Virus record (IMG/VR): IMGVR_UViG_3300035158_000384
Coordinates: 1-64,000 of that record
Strand: one strand, 5' to 3'
From: a virus
DNA length: 64,000 nucleotides
The notes beneath the pieces are model-generated. The model did no database searches and was not told the DNA's origin. It was given only the letters and a program-made list of their open reading frames with translations. Below, piece after piece: positions 7,735 through 16,108 of this stretch (position 1 is its first letter; every line of letters begins with the position of its first letter). Both the position numbers and the translations under genes were made by a program.

Positions 7735-7862
7735 GGGCCGACAAGGATGAGCAGGAGTCATTGGCGCTCTACCTCTGAGCTACAGGAGGTTTCCCTCCTG
7801 ATGGGATTTGAACCCACGTCCTCCTCCTTACTTGGGAATGTAATCCTACCCGCATTCGGCCC
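7735..7862 (-). ncRNA. YrlA-type Y RNA
   Basis: GGGCCGA/TCGGCCC stem; T-arm GTGGG-TTCAAAT-CCCAT; acceptor hairpin CAGGAGG-GAAA-CCTCCTG; D-arm GCTC/GAGC. Confidence 0.9.
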
Positions 7863-7938
7863 TTTTGTCAACTGTTAAAGAGCAGTATTACAACCTTACA
7901 ATTACCGCATCACGCAAAGATGTCACACGATTTCCCGC

Positions 7939-9570
7939 TTATATCTCCACAGCCTCGATCCGACTGAGCCACAACTCTGGACCTTCCTGCGGCTGTGCTT
8001 CCTGCTCGTTTGCCACAGCGCCTCCAAGGACACGCAGAAGGTCATCGCTGAACCCTCCGATGTAATGCACTTCGTTGCCCTTGGCCTGTGTTGTAGTAGT
8101 CGAGCCTGCCAGATTAACGAAATACAATTTCGCATCCGGGCAAAGCCGTCGGTAATCAAGCCACCGCCCCATAATAGGTGTAGTTTCACCTCTTGGATGC
8201 GTAACCCCTGCGTATGAGGCATCCCACATGCCGTACACCTCCATGTCAGACAGCACAATCACCCGATCAGCTTTCTCCCTCTTCTCCACGATGTGGTCAA
8301 GAACCAGATGCGCGTAGGTACAACCGCCGCCATAGGCAGAAAGCCGCTTCTGAAGCGTGAATACCGTATCCCGAGGCTCCAGCTTCTCCGCTCCGTAGGC
8401 AGCATCGAGGTGCAACTGCCCATCAAACGGGAGAACCAACGTGTCCGGGTTCTTCTTGAGAAAGATCGCCCCGAACAGCGCGGCGACATCAACACACTTG
8501 ATCTCCGACGACTGGTTGCGTCGCATCCCGGTAACAGGCGTCCACGTCATTGACCCGGAGACGTCTACCCCCAATATGGTGCGTCCCGAGAACGGCTCCA
8601 TCTCCTCGATCAAACCACCCATCACAGCGTGTAAAGCATCTGACACGGCCCTCGGCAGGTTTTCCCTCGCGAAGAGGTAAGTAGCCAATAAGTGGTGAGG
8701 GAACAACTTCTGCTTGTCGTAATCACTCGGATTCTGGAGGCGCTCCGCCACCGTAGCGCACACCTTGGGCTCCTGCAAAAGACCCTTCCTCGCGAGCACG
8801 TTCAGGTTCATCCGCAACCACGTCCAACTCACAAACTCAAGCATCTGCGCCCAATGGACCGGCTTTTTCAGGTGGTTCTCGATAAGCGCCTTCGGGAGCG
8901 TAGGGAGTTTGTCCGACTCGCCGCGCTTGAACGCCTCGAACTCCTTCACCACCGTCGGAAGTATCTCACGGTTGTAGTCACCCTTGCGGCGGTTCACCAA
9001 GTACCCAAAAAGCGCCTCGTGCTCTGCCGTGGCAGGCTTTGGATGGACCATGCGGATCACGTCCGCCAGCGAAGGGTTCTTGCCCATGCTGTTACGGAAA
9101 ATGGTAGCGGGTTTGCGGTCTGCGAACCATCGCTCCATACACCTCCGAGCCGCATTGCTGAAGCTCTTGCGCCCCAATACACCACTACGAACGACCTGCG
9201 CGAACGTGCGAAGCTGCTTCCCGTTGTCAACCACTCGAGGGAACACCTTCTCAGCGAGTTCCTTGTCGCGGTTGAACAAGTGCGCCAAAAGGACCACAGG
9301 AGCGTCCTTCATCTTAGCCATCTCACGCCCATACACAGCCGCCTTTGCCTCAAAAAGAGCATCGACATTGTCAGCCAAACGCAGGAATGTTGCAAGCTGG
9401 TCCTCGGCGGTGTTGTAGAAGCCGTCTTGGATCGTGAACGTACAGACACCCTGTGCAAGCGCCAGCTTCGGGGTCTGCACAAATGCAATCCCGCCCGCGC
9501 TGTTGCGAGTGTCGGCCTGCGGAGTTGCAGCCCGTAGTGTGTTAAAAATCTTCTTGTTCGCCATGTCCAA
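7939..9570 (-). CDS. rsr: Ro60/Rsr TROVE-domain RNA-binding protein with C-terminal vWA
   Basis: NSAGG N-terminus, DVIRMVHPKP, LRMNLN, MIDAS DVSGSM, GGCT, VLSD; followed by Y RNAs. Confidence 0.92.
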   Translation of the reverse strand: MDMANKKIFNTLRAATPQADTRNSAGGIAFVQTPKLALAQGVCTFTIQDGFYNTAEDQLATFLRLADNVDALFEAKAAVYGREMAKMKDAPVVLLAHLFNRDKELAEKVFPRVVDNGKQLRTFAQVVRSGVLGRKSFSNAARRCMERWFADRKPATIFRNSMGKNPSLADVIRMVHPKPATAEHEALFGYLVNRRKGDYNREILPTVVKEFEAFKRGESDKLPTLPKALIENHLKKPVHWAQMLEFVSWTWLRMNLNVLARKGLLQEPKVCATVAERLQNPSDYDKQKLFPHHLLATYLFARENLPRAVSDALHAVMGGLIEEMEPFSGRTILGVDVSGSMTWTPVTGMRRNQSSEIKCVDVAALFGAIFLKKNPDTLVLPFDGQLHLDAAYGAEKLEPRDTVFTLQKRLSAYGGGCTYAHLVLDHIVEKREKADRVIVLSDMEVYGMWDASYAGVTHPRGETTPIMGRWLDYRRLCPDAKLYFVNLAGSTTTTQAKGNEVHYIGGFSDDLLRVLGGAVANEQEAQPQEGPELWLSRIEAVEI

Positions 9571-9622
9571 CTCTCCAATTCTAAAACCCTAATTCGATGC
9601 CCTGCCTTGTGAACAACCCCCT

Positions 9623-10264
9623 TCAATAGTCCTCTTGCTCGCAAGTGTCACATACTCCAAACACAACACATGCTTCACAGCACAATTTCCCACACTTACG
9701 GCACCGCGTTACACCGCTCTCCACACCACAATTCGGGCATTCCACAAACCAACCACCCTGTTTGGCAACAACGAGAACAGCGTCTACCGATTGCGCTTTT
9801 GTGACTTCTTTTCGTGCGGCCAGCGCCATTTGGTAGTCCAAAAATGATCGCTCCAACTTAACACCAAACTTCACAGCTATCACCCTCAAACGACCGTCTC
9901 CGTCGTGAACCAAACCACTCTTGAAGTGGTGCCTCGTGTACCGCTTGTTTTGTGCGTTCTCTTGTGGTGTCACAACCCGAAGGTTCTCCAAACGATTGTT
10001 AAGGGTATCGCCGTCTACATGATCCACCACGAAACCCTCTGGAACGTCCATTAAAAGCCGGTGGATGTACGCACTTTTACCGTTTTTGTACCCGCGAACC
10101 CAACCTATACCACGCTTGCGATCAACCCAATTCACAAAAAAGCGCCAACCTGCAAGCACGTCCAGCATATCCACATCCACAATTGCAGGTCTTTTGCTAT
10201 TTTTCAAATGGATATGGGCAACACCATTCACCAACTGTATTAGTGAGGGATTTGTCCGAGCCAT
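9623..10264 (-). CDS. HNH endonuclease
   Basis: HRLLM...VDHVDGDTLNNRLENLRVVTPQEN; Cys-rich C-terminus. Confidence 0.9.
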   Translation of the reverse strand: MARTNPSLIQLVNGVAHIHLKNSKRPAIVDVDMLDVLAGWRFFVNWVDRKRGIGWVRGYKNGKSAYIHRLLMDVPEGFVVDHVDGDTLNNRLENLRVVTPQENAQNKRYTRHHFKSGLVHDGDGRLRVIAVKFGVKLERSFLDYQMALAARKEVTKAQSVDAVLVVAKQGGWFVECPNCGVESGVTRCRKCGKLCCEACVVFGVCDTCEQEDY

Positions 10265-10267
10265 TGA

Positions 10268-11554
10268 CTACGTGGTATAACGCATGTGTTTGAAAGGGGG
10301 TCTTGCACGCTTTGGGTGGGGCACCTCCAAAACGTGCTGGAAACCCATTTTGTCGGTCAATTCATCGTCATCGACTGTAATGCCCTTCGCCACCTCCATA
10401 CACGCATCCAAAGGCGCTTTATTACAACCATGCAGACGCTTTATACGTATCACCCATTCCTGTAGATGTGCAAATGACATATTCTTCTGCACCGCAGTTT
10501 CCGCAAGCTGGTGCAGTCCCTCTTCGTGTTCACCCCCTTGGACACACAAACGACGGGAGGACAAAAACCTCTCGGCCTCCTCCACCCCCGGTCTAGGGAA
10601 AGCGTAACGAGCGTCAAACCGTCCGGGGCGGTTCATAACGGCGTCCTGAATATCCTCGGGGTTATTCGTGGTAGCAATGAATAACACACCACGAACGTGG
10701 GTAATACCATCCAGAGCATTCAACAGCTCCCGTAAATCCAATGCCTGATGACCGTCCAATGTCCTATGTGAGAGTCTGTCAATGTCCTCTAACGCGACTA
10801 TTCGCGGTCTAGCGGTCAGCGCGTTACTGTCGTCGAAATATGACCAGACAGACGCGGTGCTCACCAACTGATCAAAGTCCAACCGCCCTCGGGAGTAGTA
10901 ATCCATCACATCGCGGACGGTCAAATTGAAAATTTGTGATAAGGTGCGTATCATACACGTTTTACCATTACCCGGCGGCCCGTGGAATACCAACCCCCGT
11001 TTCCACGGTATCCCTAACTCCTCCTCATATAATTTGCGGCTAGCCAAAAACTGCTCCACGTCGTTCACGATTTCCTCATAACAAGAACCATGAAGCACTA
11101 CATCATGCCGACCGATAGGTTTGCAGAGGTCTGCCCTCCGTCTCTCTCCTTCGAGTTCCGGTTTGCCGACTTTATCCCAAAAGGCCGTAAGCCATTCTAG
11201 CGCTTCACGTTCATGCCGCGGCGCACGACGCGCAACCAAACCACAGAACCCTAACTCAGCACCGAAAACAACTCCGGGTAAGTACGCGAACGTAACTCCG
11301 GCGTCTCCATGCACTTCGAGGTCACGAAAACATGGGCCAGCCACAGAAAAAGTACTCGTGTAGGTGAAGGCTTCAAAAATTCCATCCATGAACTTGTAGA
11401 CAGGGGCAAAGCCAACCCATTCTTGCAACACCTCGTCCATTTTACTGTACGCGGTAAGGTATCCTTTGGAAGCCCCCAAAACCTTCCCTGAAGGGTTTGG
11501 TGTTTCTAGCATACGTTCACACGTATACTCCAATTCCTTCGTTACGTTCGACAC
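10268..11554 (-). CDS. AAA+ ATPase
   Basis: Walker A GPPGNGKT, Walker B VALEDID, TTN, SRH RPGRFD. Confidence 0.92.
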   Translation of the reverse strand: MSNVTKELEYTCERMLETPNPSGKVLGASKGYLTAYSKMDEVLQEWVGFAPVYKFMDGIFEAFTYTSTFSVAGPCFRDLEVHGDAGVTFAYLPGVVFGAELGFCGLVARRAPRHEREALEWLTAFWDKVGKPELEGERRRADLCKPIGRHDVVLHGSCYEEIVNDVEQFLASRKLYEEELGIPWKRGLVFHGPPGNGKTCMIRTLSQIFNLTVRDVMDYYSRGRLDFDQLVSTASVWSYFDDSNALTARPRIVALEDIDRLSHRTLDGHQALDLRELLNALDGITHVRGVLFIATTNNPEDIQDAVMNRPGRFDARYAFPRPGVEEAERFLSSRRLCVQGGEHEEGLHQLAETAVQKNMSFAHLQEWVIRIKRLHGCNKAPLDACMEVAKGITVDDDELTDKMGFQHVLEVPHPKRARPPFKHMRYTT

Positions 11555-11651
11555 TCTAAACCCCTACCAAACCGTGGTGTTTTTCTTATTAAAGAAAATG
11601 AGCCTAAACTTGAATAAGGGAAGGACTTACTAAAATCCCTTTAGTTCGTTA

Positions 11652-11791
11652 TGACAAGGGTGGGAGTCGAACCCACTTGAGACTTACACTCACCTGTTTC
11701 TCTGCCGCGGCTCCACAGGCTATTGATGCTCGGAACGGTAGTTTCGATTCGGGTTATACTGACCGCTCCGCATTCCATCTGCCACCTTGTC
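11652..11791 (-). ncRNA. 140-nt tRNA-like RNA with extended anticodon and variable arms
   Basis: acceptor GACAAGG/CCTTGTC, T-arm GTGGG-TTCGACT-CCCAC, D-arm GCA/TGC, stem GGAGCGGT/ACCGTTCC. Confidence 0.75.
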
Positions 11792-11794
11792 AAG

Positions 11795-11920
11795 TGCCGG
11801 TCTCTCCCGGCTGTCACACCTTAGTTGGTGGCCGAGGCATCCGCGACTAGCGCGGGAACCACCAACCTCTTTGAGCCTGCCACAAGCACGTCTGGAAGGT
11901 GTCTCTAAGACGCTAAGGTG
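11795..11920 (-). ncRNA. C4-antisense-like structured RNA
   Basis: CACCTTAG/CTAAGGTG closing stem, then TGACA and hairpin GCCGG-GAGAGA-CCGGC; family call is from recalled motif only. Confidence 0.5.
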
Positions 11921-12225
11921 GAGCCCTGATTCGAACAGGTAGGGGTTTAGCCTCTCCCTTAAGAGGGACTTCTATTCAAGAGTCACTTAAAAGCTAACGT
12001 AGTCCGCCTCGTTCTGGTGTACCCGTCGGTACGTAAGGCTTGTCAAGAATGGTACCATTCTTGGGGCTTCCGCTCCAAAAGTCCTACGTGTTGTTCCACC
12101 GCCTTACCCCACTAGTAAGAGCAGTCACGGAGGCACGTATTTCCTAAGTTTACACCCGGACCCGACATGATGGCATTAAAAGCCGCGCTCATGTTGCGCC
12201 CAACATCCAAGTTGGCAACTCCACC
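11917..12225 (-). ncRNA. ~310-nt RNA bracketed by tRNA-like acceptor and T arms
   Basis: GGTGGAG/CTCCACC ends, CCTG-TTCGAAT-CAGG T-arm, CCAAC-TTGGAT-GTTGG D-like arm; region has no long ORF. Confidence 0.55.
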
Positions 12226-12229
12226 GTTG

Positions 12230-12898
12230 TCAATGAGCACTTTGTTTGCGAATGAACGGTTTCAACTCCTCGAATATCTCCTGCGCGTTCATTCGCTCTT
12301 CTATCCCCGTACCTCTCAAACCGGGGGCTATATTGTAATCCAACGCATAGGCTTCGTAAGTATCCCGGTGTATCACAAAGTCAATGGCACAGAGTGGGTA
12401 GTTCTGAGCCCACGCAGGGCGGGGATAGCGTAAAAGCTCACCTATCAATGTTATGTCCCCGTCTCCCACGTTAGACCGCCAATCACGACGGCTCGCATAC
12501 AACAACTCAAACACTCTGTAACCGACCACCAAAAGCCGCAAACTCCACGACGCATACCCATCACCGTTACCTCTCAAATCTGCGGGCGGGATGTACTCCA
12601 CGGCGAAGGTGTCCGCCGTAACATACGGCTCGTGTAAACCGGGGTTCAAAACCTTCCCGTGCCCGCAATGCTTCTGTATGTCAAGGAACGCCACAACACC
12701 GTGGTCTACCTCTTTTGCAACTTCACAGTATGGCCCGTACAAAGGCACCCTCAAACCCGCCTTTGACATAAAGTCAAACATCTCAGGTCTGGTCATACCG
12801 TCGTAAGTGTAACGCTCGAACACGCACCGGTCTGTCGCAAAACCCGGCAAGTCGAACATGTGGTCGTAGTAATCGTGAAAGTCACTCTTCAAAATCAT
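12230..12898 (-). CDS. ATP-grasp (RimK-like) ligase
   Basis: VEYIP, LRLLVVG, DWRSN, AIDFV, LDYNIAPGL correspond to ATP-grasp motifs. Confidence 0.6.
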   Translation of the reverse strand: MILKSDFHDYYDHMFDLPGFATDRCVFERYTYDGMTRPEMFDFMSKAGLRVPLYGPYCEVAKEVDHGVVAFLDIQKHCGHGKVLNPGLHEPYVTADTFAVEYIPPADLRGNGDGYASWSLRLLVVGYRVFELLYASRRDWRSNVGDGDITLIGELLRYPRPAWAQNYPLCAIDFVIHRDTYEAYALDYNIAPGLRGTGIEERMNAQEIFEELKPFIRKQSAH

Positions 12899-12901
12899 GA
12901 C

Positions 12902-13201
12902 TTAACACTCAATGCTTTCCGAGCGCCCACCACCTTGTCTCTGCTCACCGCAGATGATGGTACACTTGTGTTTACGTGCGAGCTTGTGCAAATCCTCCAC
13001 CAATTCTGTGAGTGTTGTAGTGGTTGCATCCCTTCCGCAGGGGATGACCGCAAAACGCAAACCCTCACTCGACCTAACTTGGATGGTGCAGGGGTCGCCA
13101 ATGAAAATGTCCGATTGATGGATAACCTCGGGATCAAACTTGATCTCGTCCATTGTGATTTCGTCAGGTTTTTTCTCCATAGCCCTCACCCTTTCTGTCA
13201 T
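12902..13201 (-). CDS. hypothetical protein
   Basis: 99-aa ORF in operon. Confidence 0.55.
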   Translation of the reverse strand: MTERVRAMEKKPDEITMDEIKFDPEVIHQSDIFIGDPCTIQVRSSEGLRFAVIPCGRDATTTTLTELVEDLHKLARKHKCTIICGEQRQGGGRSESIEC

Positions 13202-13207
13202 TGACCC

Positions 13208-13480
13208 TTAACACTTCCAACCCCACGCAATCACGGCATCGCCCATCGACTCCAAATGACGCTCAAACGCCCCGGAATCGCTCTTGTATACCGAGAAATA
13301 GGCCACAGTTCTTCCATACTGTGGCTTGTCTAGCTTCTCAACAAATTCGATGTCGCGTGTCAGACCCTTCGCGGCCTCTGCCAACGTAGCGCACTCGTTC
13401 CACTTCCAAGAACCTCGAAGGTGTACCCAACAACGGTAGTAGTTGAACAGCATAATGGGTGCTCCTTGACGTTGTGTCAA
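13208..13480 (-). CDS. hypothetical protein
   Basis: ORF in operon; AGGAG RBS before the internal Met. Confidence 0.5.
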   Translation of the reverse strand: MTQRQGAPIMLFNYYRCWVHLRGSWKWNECATLAEAAKGLTRDIEFVEKLDKPQYGRTVAYFSVYKSDSGAFERHLESMGDAVIAWGWKC

Positions 13481-13803
13481 TTTTCAAGGACAACGTGGTC
13501 GTCCGCACCAACAACCGCCACAACAGAAGTTCGCTGGATCATGCGGTACTCCTCACCATCGACCGCGACCTCCACCCCGGAGTACTTCTCGTAGATGATC
13601 TCATCTCCGACGTCCACGTCGGCAATGGGTACAAGCTCTCCGGTTTCTGGATTGTGGTACCCCGGACCCTTCGCCACGACTTTACCGCGACACCACGCGA
13701 TCCGCTGGTGTTTCTTGGCGAGGATGATCCCTCCACGGGTTTTTTCCTGCTCCAAAACCTTTATGAGCAGACGGTTTCCAACAGGCTTAATTTCACGCTT
13801 CAT
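13477..13803 (-). CDS. groES: co-chaperonin GroES
   Basis: IKPVGNRLLIK, TRGGIIL, GKVVAKGPG, VDVGDEIIYEKYSGVEV. Confidence 0.93.
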   Translation of the reverse strand: MKREIKPVGNRLLIKVLEQEKTRGGIILAKKHQRIAWCRGKVVAKGPGYHNPETGELVPIADVDVGDEIIYEKYSGVEVAVDGEEYRMIQRTSVVAVVGADDHVVLEN

Positions 13804-13893
13804 GTGTAGCCCCCAAAAGAATAAACAAGCGGGCACCTTCACTTGGTTAGAGTGATTACTCCTCGGAGAAGGGCGGTGCCCGCCGATTTTCAA

Positions 13894-14994
13894 TTATGCC
13901 GCAGGCTTGAACGCATCCACGAAGTTCAACAGGGCCTCGTGGCCAAGCTCTTCAAGCTTGCGTTGCTGTTTCATCGTTTTGGTTTCGTGCTGTGCGTAGT
14001 ACGTGATCCCATTCACGGCGTTCCAAATCGTAACCTCGTCCGCGTGGCGACCCTCATGTTGCGCCTCTGTCACCGCAAGGTCAATCACCTTCTGCGCCAC
14101 TTTCTTTCCACCGTTCTTGTGCCCCGCGACGAACCCTTCCATCAATTCCAACCCCTCACCGGGGAGTATCAGGGTTGCCGCACTCTCCATGACCGGCAGT
14201 AATTCCCTAGCTCGCGCACCTGCGGTAACTGCCGCCCTCTGCACCATCATCAAGGGATCGGCGGTCTTACCGTAGTCCACTCTGGTCGTGGACACCTTAT
14301 CGGAGCCCGTCATACCGTTGGCGCAAAGCAACCGCTCCCAATAATCCGAAACGAAAGCTTGGCACCCCATCGAATTGTCCACGTCGAAGGACGCCCCAAA
14401 ACGCACCTTGTCTCCGTCACGAGGCTCCAACCACTCCGGGGAGAGCAAGGAAAAGTGCATGCGAACACCCTCTACCCACCCTCTTGAAAGTTCCGTGGAT
14501 GTGATAGCCGTCACCGCGGACTCGAACACATCTAGGGGTTGTACCCATGAGTGCTTGTCGGCGTCGATTGCCGCCAACACAAGCCCATCTCGGGTATCCA
14601 CGATCAAATCGGTATCCCGAGAGTGAAACGGCCCGTTGATGATCTCGTACAACACCTCCAACGCCAACTCGGGGTTGTACTGTGCCAAATCACCAACGAA
14701 TTTACTCGGTGCTTTGCCCAACCGACAAATGTCGTCAAAGGCTTCGGGCGTGAGACGGTAGTCGGTACCTGCAACGGCACCATCCAACCCGATCCTCTGA
14801 ACGTACCGCCCGTTGACGAACGCCAGCGCATCGTCCTGCTGTCGCAGAGCGTCATGAAAAGCGTCTGCGTCCGTGTATTGCTGTGTTGGTGTCTGCGGCA
14901 GCTTGAACCCCGGACTCAACCTCTCGAGTTCGCGCATATCCGGCACGGAACGTACAGCCTGCCGAAATTTTGTGTTGCGTTTTGCTTTTCTCAC
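13894..14994 (-). CDS. DUF932-like phage protein
   Basis: RLLCANGM motif and C-terminal TIWNAVNGIT; own promoter. Confidence 0.65.
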   Translation of the reverse strand: MRKAKRNTKFRQAVRSVPDMRELERLSPGFKLPQTPTQQYTDADAFHDALRQQDDALAFVNGRYVQRIGLDGAVAGTDYRLTPEAFDDICRLGKAPSKFVGDLAQYNPELALEVLYEIINGPFHSRDTDLIVDTRDGLVLAAIDADKHSWVQPLDVFESAVTAITSTELSRGWVEGVRMHFSLLSPEWLEPRDGDKVRFGASFDVDNSMGCQAFVSDYWERLLCANGMTGSDKVSTTRVDYGKTADPLMMVQRAAVTAGARARELLPVMESAATLILPGEGLELMEGFVAGHKNGGKKVAQKVIDLAVTEAQHEGRHADEVTIWNAVNGITYYAQHETKTMKQQRKLEELGHEALLNFVDAFKPAA

Positions 14995-15024
14995 GTCTCG
15001 CTCCTTTTTTTATCATCCACCCCA

Positions 15025-15053
15025 ATCATACCCCATAAACCGCCCGCTGTCAA
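15025..15053 (-). promoter_or_regulatory. sigma70 promoter
   Basis: TTGACA-17 nt-TATGAT. Confidence 0.8.
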
Positions 15054-15088
15054 GTAAAAAATCCATAATTATACGCTGACCGGGGAAA

Positions 15089-16105
15089 TCAACGATTAAA
15101 TCTGGCTTTGATTATTGACGTAACTGACGGCTCTCCACGGCTTTGTAACAAATCCCGTAGCTCTTCTCGGCGTTCATCGGGATCGCCATGTGTCAACAAG
15201 AGCGCGGAGACTTTCGGGACGCGCCCGAGCAATAGGTTGTAATACTCCGCACTCTCCCGTGAGGCATCGCTGTCCAACGAAATAACAAACTCCCGTGTAC
15301 CGTGCTCCGCCAACCGTGTAAGAAGCGCCACCTGTCGCTCACTTAGTCGCTTACCTATGAGCCCGAGCGCAGGTATCCCATTATACCAATAGGCCAGAAC
15401 GTCAAAAGGCCCCTCCACCAAAGCCACAAGCCTTGCCCCTAACGCATTATCGTAATTGAGCAAGCACTCTTGCGCGGTGTAATGCCCTTCTTTATTTGGC
15501 GGGTTCTTGGTTTTTCGGTACGCCTTTCCGCAAAACCGATTCGTCCAGTATACCAGATCGCCCCCCTGATACACAGGAAAAATCAAACGTCTCTGGTAGT
15601 CACCTGTGGGACAATACCCCAAGCGCAAGGCTTGCACAGCTTCAGCGCTGACGCCCCGCTTTTCCATGTACACAAAAGCTGGACGGCACATTATTTTTTG
15701 ACGCGCTGTCAAGTCCTCATACAACGGTATGTGCTCCCGCGGCAGTTTCACAGGCTTACGTTCGGTCGTCGGTGACGCCTTGGAAAAAAGAATCTCCCTC
15801 ACCGTAGTCTTGACCTGTTTGGGCGGCACGGTCTTGACTTCCCTTTTCAGGATCGCGAACTCCTCAATCAACAAGAAGCCGCCATTCATATCCCGGAAAA
15901 GTTTCTCCAAGCCACCTTTCCAACCGCACCTAAAACAATGCCCCACCCGCATTTTACTGTTCACATTCAGCTTGCGTTTGGTGGACTCGCTACCCAAGTG
16001 ATCGATACAAAAAGGACAGAACCATTGATACTCAGGACCGTCACCGAAGTGACTGCCCAAGCGCCTATCCAAATACTCCACCAACCCGGACCTGCGCAAT
16101 TTCAT
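15089..16105 (-). CDS. DNA primase (Zn finger plus Toprim)
   Basis: CPFC...CFRC, RLIFPV, VEGPFD, LDSD, DPD. Confidence 0.9.
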   Translation of the reverse strand: MKLRRSGLVEYLDRRLGSHFGDGPEYQWFCPFCIDHLGSESTKRKLNVNSKMRVGHCFRCGWKGGLEKLFRDMNGGFLLIEEFAILKREVKTVPPKQVKTTVREILFSKASPTTERKPVKLPREHIPLYEDLTARQKIMCRPAFVYMEKRGVSAEAVQALRLGYCPTGDYQRRLIFPVYQGGDLVYWTNRFCGKAYRKTKNPPNKEGHYTAQECLLNYDNALGARLVALVEGPFDVLAYWYNGIPALGLIGKRLSERQVALLTRLAEHGTREFVISLDSDASRESAEYYNLLLGRVPKVSALLLTHGDPDERREELRDLLQSRGEPSVTSIIKARFNR

Positions 16106-16108
16106 TTT

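Noticed and set aside
7591-7862. Two further standard tRNA genes
   Set aside because: Arm order is T-acceptor-D inside a Ro-binding stem, i.e. YrlA-type Y RNAs
5422-7878. Short ORFs overlapping tRNAs and Y RNAs (e.g. 5422-5664, 7172-7411, 7240-7467)
   Set aside because: Translations of RNA genes (GSNP-type peptides from T-loops)
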